A program made the position numbers and the translations under genes. DNA of 50,646 nucleotides from Verrucomicrobiota bacterium (GTDB lineage Bacteria; Bacteroidota; Bacteroidia; Flavobacteriales_E; Vicingaceae): positions 1-50,646 of the forward strand of contig PAVT01000010.1 of the NCBI GenBank assembly GCA_002713165.1, read 5' to 3'. Shown in pieces: positions 46,675-50,646 of this stretch. The notes beneath the pieces are model-generated. The model was given only the letters and a program-made list of their open reading frames with translations, did not search any database and was not told where the DNA came from. Numbering within the stretch: the first letter of the stretch is position 1; every line of letters begins with the position of its first letter.

Positions 46675-48103
46675 TGTTCAATGACTTTAGTTTATCTCTG
46701 ATTTTATCCGCGGTAGCATAGTCTTTCTGAATTTTTGCCGCAGTTCTGAATTCAATGATAAGCTCCATTAACTCATCTGTTAATTCATTGCTGTTTCCGG
46801 TGCTTTCTTCAGTTTTCAGTCCAAGAATGTCATAAAAAAAGGTGGTGTAAATGTTCTTCAGTCTATTCAGGTCTTCATCACTCATCATCGACTTTCCACT
46901 TTCCAATTCAGCAACCATTTTCAGCCCATCAAACAGCTTGGCAATCACGATGGGTGAATTAAAGTCATCGTTCATTGCTTGATACAATGAATTTTCGAAT
47001 TCATCCAATTCGATTGAACTTTTGGATGAAACATCTATAGAATCTAATCTTTCCAAGCCTTTTTGAAGTCTAAGAAATCCCTTGGAGGCTGCTTCTAGGG
47101 CCTCGTTTGAAAAATCCAAGGTGCTTCGATAGTGAGACTGAAGGATGAAAAATCGAACAGTCATTGGAGAGTAGGCTCTACTTAATTGATGGTTGTCGCC
47201 ACTGAAAAGTTCATGGCAAAATATTCCATTGCCCAATGACTTTCCCATTTTTTGTCCGTTGATGGTCACCATATTGTTGTGCAACCAATAATTGGCAAAA
47301 GGCTGATTGGTGTGCGCTTCTGCTTGCGCAATTTCGCATTCATGATGTGGGAAAGCATTTTCCAAACCACCGCCATGAATGTCGAAGTTATTTCCCAAAT
47401 ATTTTTGACTCATCACAGAACATTCAATGTGCCATCCAGGATATCCTTTCCCCCAAGGTGAGTTCCATTGCATAAGGTGTGTAGCGTCTGCTTTTTTCCA
47501 AAGTGCAAAATCAATGGAATTGCGTTTTTCGGATTGAGCATTCAAGGTTCTGTTTGCTGAACCCTCCATGAGTTCTTCAATGCTTCTACCTGACAATTTC
47601 CCATAATCAAATGTTGTGTCGTACTTGCTTACATCAAAGTACACGGAACCATTGACTTCGTATGCATACCCTTTTTCAATCAAACTTTGAATGACTTCAA
47701 TTTGCTCTGGAATATGCCCGGAGGGTCTTGGATAGATGTCTGCTCTCAACACATTCAAGGCGTCCATGTCACGAAAATAATTGAACATGTATTTCTCAAC
47801 CACCGCCATAGGATCTACTTGTTCCAATCGTGATTGCTTCGCAATCTTGTCATCTCCCTCATCCGCATCGTCTGTCAGATGCCCTACATCCGTGATGTTT
47901 TGCACATACTTCACCTTGGGGAACACATGCTTTAAGTAACGGTAAATTAAATCGAATGAAACATAGGATTTCGCATGGCCTAAGTGTGCATCACCATAGA
48001 CGGTAGGGCCACAAACATACATCCCAACAACCTGTTTGTCAATCGGCTTAAAATCTTCTCTCGAACGACTTAATGTGTTGTATACGCGCAGTGATTGTTT
48101 CAT
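46625..48103 (-). CDS. cysS: Cysteine--tRNA ligase
   Basis: HLGHA (HIGH motif) and KMGKS (KMSKS motif), with full-length CysRS layout. Confidence 0.96.
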   Translation of the reverse strand: MKQSLRVYNTLSRSREDFKPIDKQVVGMYVCGPTVYGDAHLGHAKSYVSFDLIYRYLKHVFPKVKYVQNITDVGHLTDDADEGDDKIAKQSRLEQVDPMAVVEKYMFNYFRDMDALNVLRADIYPRPSGHIPEQIEVIQSLIEKGYAYEVNGSVYFDVSKYDTTFDYGKLSGRSIEELMEGSANRTLNAQSEKRNSIDFALWKKADATHLMQWNSPWGKGYPGWHIECSVMSQKYLGNNFDIHGGGLENAFPHHECEIAQAEAHTNQPFANYWLHNNMVTINGQKMGKSLGNGIFCHELFSGDNHQLSRAYSPMTVRFFILQSHYRSTLDFSNEALEAASKGFLRLQKGLERLDSIDVSSKSSIELDEFENSLYQAMNDDFNSPIVIAKLFDGLKMVAELESGKSMMSDEDLNRLKNIYTTFFYDILGLKTEESTGNSNELTDELMELIIEFRTAAKIQKDYATADKIRDKLKSLNIEIKDQKEGASWSFES

Positions 48104-48173
48104 GATCTCGCCAATGTTCTATTGAAAGTTTGAGTAAACAAAGAAAAGAAATAATGAGAGGATGCAGTAAGCT

Positions 48174-49067
48174 TTATTGATTAGAATCTTCAATGACGCC
48201 ATCCCCGATGTACTTACCGTTTTTAAGTATTCGAATCTGGATCAATATTCCATTTTCATCATACTTATACTCTTTTCCATCCATCAAACGATAGTTTTTG
48301 AAAACGCCGTCTTTCGATATCTGACGATCCTTGTTGATCAATTTTTTGTATCCATTTCCATCAAACCCACCAAGGTTAGGTTGTTCTTCTTTGGAGGCTT
48401 TTACAATTTCTTCTTTTCCTTCAGCCAATTGTTTCTCCAATGGGTCTTCCTGAGGCGTTTTTGGTGCATAAGAGGCATAGCTGTCTTTGTCGAGCACTCC
48501 ATCGTTGAAATTTTTAACAGCCATTAAATCGCCATTTTCGTAGTATTCTTTCATCTCTCCAGACTCCATGCCTTCTTTCCAAGTACCTTCTAGGCGCTTG
48601 TTGCCATTTTCGTAATAATAGGTTTGAGTTCCTGTGCGTTTACCACCTTCAGTAAAGTTAAAGTCTTGGGCTAATTTTCCGTTTTCATGATAGCGTTTAA
48701 AAGAGCCAGTATTTTTTGTCCTTGCCCAATTGCTTTGCTCCTCAATATTTCCATTCTCATAGTATAAAACATATGGGCCATAAGGCCTGCTACTTTTATA
48801 CGTAATCTCACTTCTTAATTTGCCTGAGGGATAGTATTTTTTCCAAATACCCTCTTTTCGGCTCGATTTGTAAACTCCCTCTTCGACGACGCTTCCCGGC
48901 TTATAACCTTTATGCATTCGAGGGTTGGCTTTCACAATCCATTTCCCTTGTCTGCGCTTATTTTCGTCTACTAAATTGATGGTATCACCTTCAACCAAAT
49001 CAAAGGTTTGGCCATTTAAAAAAAAGCTACCAATAAGGAAAAGACCTATAAAAAAGAGGTGTTTCAT
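48174..49067 (-). CDS. Secreted MORN-variant repeat protein (YwqK-like)
   Basis: A signal peptide followed by repeated G.W..YYENGK-type units (YYPSGKL, YYENGNI, YHENGKL, YYENGNK, YYENGDL). Confidence 0.75.
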   Translation of the reverse strand: MKHLFFIGLFLIGSFFLNGQTFDLVEGDTINLVDENKRRQGKWIVKANPRMHKGYKPGSVVEEGVYKSSRKEGIWKKYYPSGKLRSEITYKSSRPYGPYVLYYENGNIEEQSNWARTKNTGSFKRYHENGKLAQDFNFTEGGKRTGTQTYYYENGNKRLEGTWKEGMESGEMKEYYENGDLMAVKNFNDGVLDKDSYASYAPKTPQEDPLEKQLAEGKEEIVKASKEEQPNLGGFDGNGYKKLINKDRQISKDGVFKNYRLMDGKEYKYDENGILIQIRILKNGKYIGDGVIEDSNQ

Positions 49068-49116
49068 GAATTTTGAGTTGCCTAAAAGTAATAAAATATC
49101 AATTGATTTAAATACT

Positions 49117-50037
49117 TTATTTTAAATGCCAGAGCATGTCTTTACACATCTTGTCAAGATTATATTCTAGCTGCCAATTCCAGTCCTTTTGGGCTGCATT
49201 GTCGTTAATGCTTTGTGGCCAACTCTCAGCTATTTTTTGTCTAAAGTCTGGAGCATATTCTATTTCAAATTGGGGAAGTTGCCGCTGAATGATGGTGGCG
49301 ATCTCTTCAGGTGAGAAAGAGATTCCTGCTAAATTATAACTGGAACGGATCCGTATACTATCTTTTGGTGCCTCCATGATTTCAATCGTGGCACGTATAG
49401 CATCCTCCATATACATCATGGGCAATTTTGTGTCTGCTTTTAAAAAGCAAATGTATTTTCCATCAGAGAGGGCTTTGTGAAAAATATCGACGGCATAATC
49501 TGTTGTACCCCCTCCAGGCATGGATTTATATCCAATCAGTCCGGGATATCGGATACTTCTTACGTCAACATTAAAATTGTTGGCGTAGTATTCACACCAG
49601 CGCTCACCAGCTAACTTGCTTATTCCATAAACAGTAGTAGGGTCTGTAACAGTATCTTGGGGGGTATTTGTTTTAGGTGTGGTTGGTCCAAACACGGCGA
49701 TTGAACTAGGCCAAAATATCTGATCTATTCTCCCTTCTTTCCCCAATTCTAATACATTGAAAAGACTTTCCATGTTCAATTTCCAAGCAAAATGAATCTG
49801 CTTTTCTGCATTTGCTGAAAGCAATGCAGCGAGATGATAAACAGTTTTTATCTTGTAACGAGAAATGCTGTCCTCAATCGCTGCTTTATCCAAAGCATCC
49901 AATTGAATGCTTGGTCCATCTTCATCTTTTAAGGGTGAAATATCTGAGGAAATAACTGCATCATTTCCATGTTTCTGCCGGAGTTTACTGACCAACTCTT
50001 GTCCAACCTGACCTCCAGATCCTATCACTAATATCAT
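49117..50037 (-). CDS. NAD-dependent epimerase/dehydratase family, L-threonine 3-dehydrogenase-like
   Basis: The start was moved to MILVIGSGGQVGQELV (Rossmann motif). YGISK (YxxxK) is present. The upstream 36 codons of the track ORF look non-coding. Confidence 0.65.
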   Translation of the reverse strand: MILVIGSGGQVGQELVSKLRQKHGNDAVISSDISPLKDEDGPSIQLDALDKAAIEDSISRYKIKTVYHLAALLSANAEKQIHFAWKLNMESLFNVLELGKEGRIDQIFWPSSIAVFGPTTPKTNTPQDTVTDPTTVYGISKLAGERWCEYYANNFNVDVRSIRYPGLIGYKSMPGGGTTDYAVDIFHKALSDGKYICFLKADTKLPMMYMEDAIRATIEIMEAPKDSIRIRSSYNLAGISFSPEEIATIIQRQLPQFEIEYAPDFRQKIAESWPQSINDNAAQKDWNWQLEYNLDKMCKDMLWHLK

Positions 50038-50156
50038 ACCATTGAGTTTGGACTCAAATGTAATAAAGAAGGGAAATGAAGTCAATTTTAAAATGATAAA
50101 TGTCATTTTAGGAAGATTCCTCGAATCACTAACTTTGGCGAGCAATCTTTTGACAA

Positions 50157-50646
50157 ATGGAATTGTACAATAAATACGACAAGAGGATACTCAAGCAACG
50201 ATTGATGGAGGAAAAGTTTCAGCGAAAAACCATTTCCTTTTACCGTTATGTAATTATTGAGGACCCACTTAGTCTGCGTGATGAGCTCTACAAGGAGTGG
50301 AACGATCTGAATGTTTTCGGTCGGATTTATATAGCAAAAGAAGGGGTGAACGCACAAATGAGTGTTCCCGAGCATCATTGGAAAAATTTTGTTGAAGGAC
50401 TGAATGAGAGAAAAATTTTCGAAAGCATGCCTTTCAAAATTGCTGTGGAGGATGACGGGAAATCATTTTACAAGCTCATGGTAAAGGTGAGGAAGAAAAT
50501 TGTTGGAGATGGCTTGGACGATGGTGCTTTTGATGTCACGGATGTTGGAAGACATCTTTCAGCGCAAGAATTCAATGAGGCGATGGAGCAAGAGGGTACC
50601 ATCGTAGTGGATATGCGCAATCATTATGAAAGTGAAGTAGGTCATT
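50157..50646 (+). CDS. trhO: Rhodanese-domain protein TrhO/YceA (UPF0176), 5' part; continues past the window end
   Basis: ATG at 50157. Translation [14 protein letters not shown]...[11 protein letters not shown]...[17 protein letters not shown]...[14 protein letters not shown] matches the UPF0176 N-terminal domain and the start of the rhodanese domain. The frame is open to the window end. Confidence 0.8.
   Translation, partial: MELYNKYDKRILKQRLMEEKFQRKTISFYRYVIIEDPLSLRDELYKEWNDLNVFGRIYIAKEGVNAQMSVPEHHWKNFVEGLNERKIFESMPFKIAVEDDGKSFYKLMVKVRKKIVGDGLDDGAFDVTDVGRHLSAQEFNEAMEQEGTIVVDMRNHYESEVGH

Noticed and set aside
50103-50378. A 91-aa minus-strand ORF, and the 36-codon N-terminal extension of the 49117-50145 ORF.
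   Set aside because: The 91-aa ORF is antisense to the well-supported trhO 5' region. The extension precedes the Rossmann-fold start MILVIGSGG and looks non-coding. Similar upstream extensions were trimmed at 12632, 18582, 30023, 33084 and 35848.

Overview
This 50.6 kb window looks like a Bacteroidota (Flavobacteriia-like) chromosome. The evidence is many type IX secretion (T9SS) C-terminal sorting domains, signal peptides cleaved before Gln, and TAnnTTTG-type -7 boxes. About 80% is ordinary core genome: the rpoN 3' end, yraN, an LD-carboxypeptidase, a very large alpha-2-macroglobulin homolog, rfbA, a polyprenyl synthase, sucAB, purD, purQ, nadD, gmk, yicC, polA, cysS and the trhO 5' end. The unusual part is about 2.1-11.9 kb. 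It starts with a tRNA(CAU) followed by a 19-nt copy of its own 3' end (an att-like scar). Next comes an internally deleted IS5-family element that keeps perfect 22-bp inverted repeats. Then come six tightly packed minus-strand ORFs, all of which carry a T9SS sorting domain or are fragments of such a protein. This cluster shows several very recent lesions. An exact 29-bp tandem duplication splits a 1254-aa beta-helix protein into two ORFs. A 5'-truncated paralog begins inside a ~95% identical 217-bp block. An in-frame TAA removes the last beta-strand of one sorting domain. An 18-bp in-frame duplication doubles a YPNP motif. I saw no CRISPR array, no recognisable defence, toxin or prophage module, and no complete novel system that I can defend. 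The T9SS cargo islet is the best candidate for follow-up. All calls come from reading the ORF translations and the DNA by eye, with no searches run.
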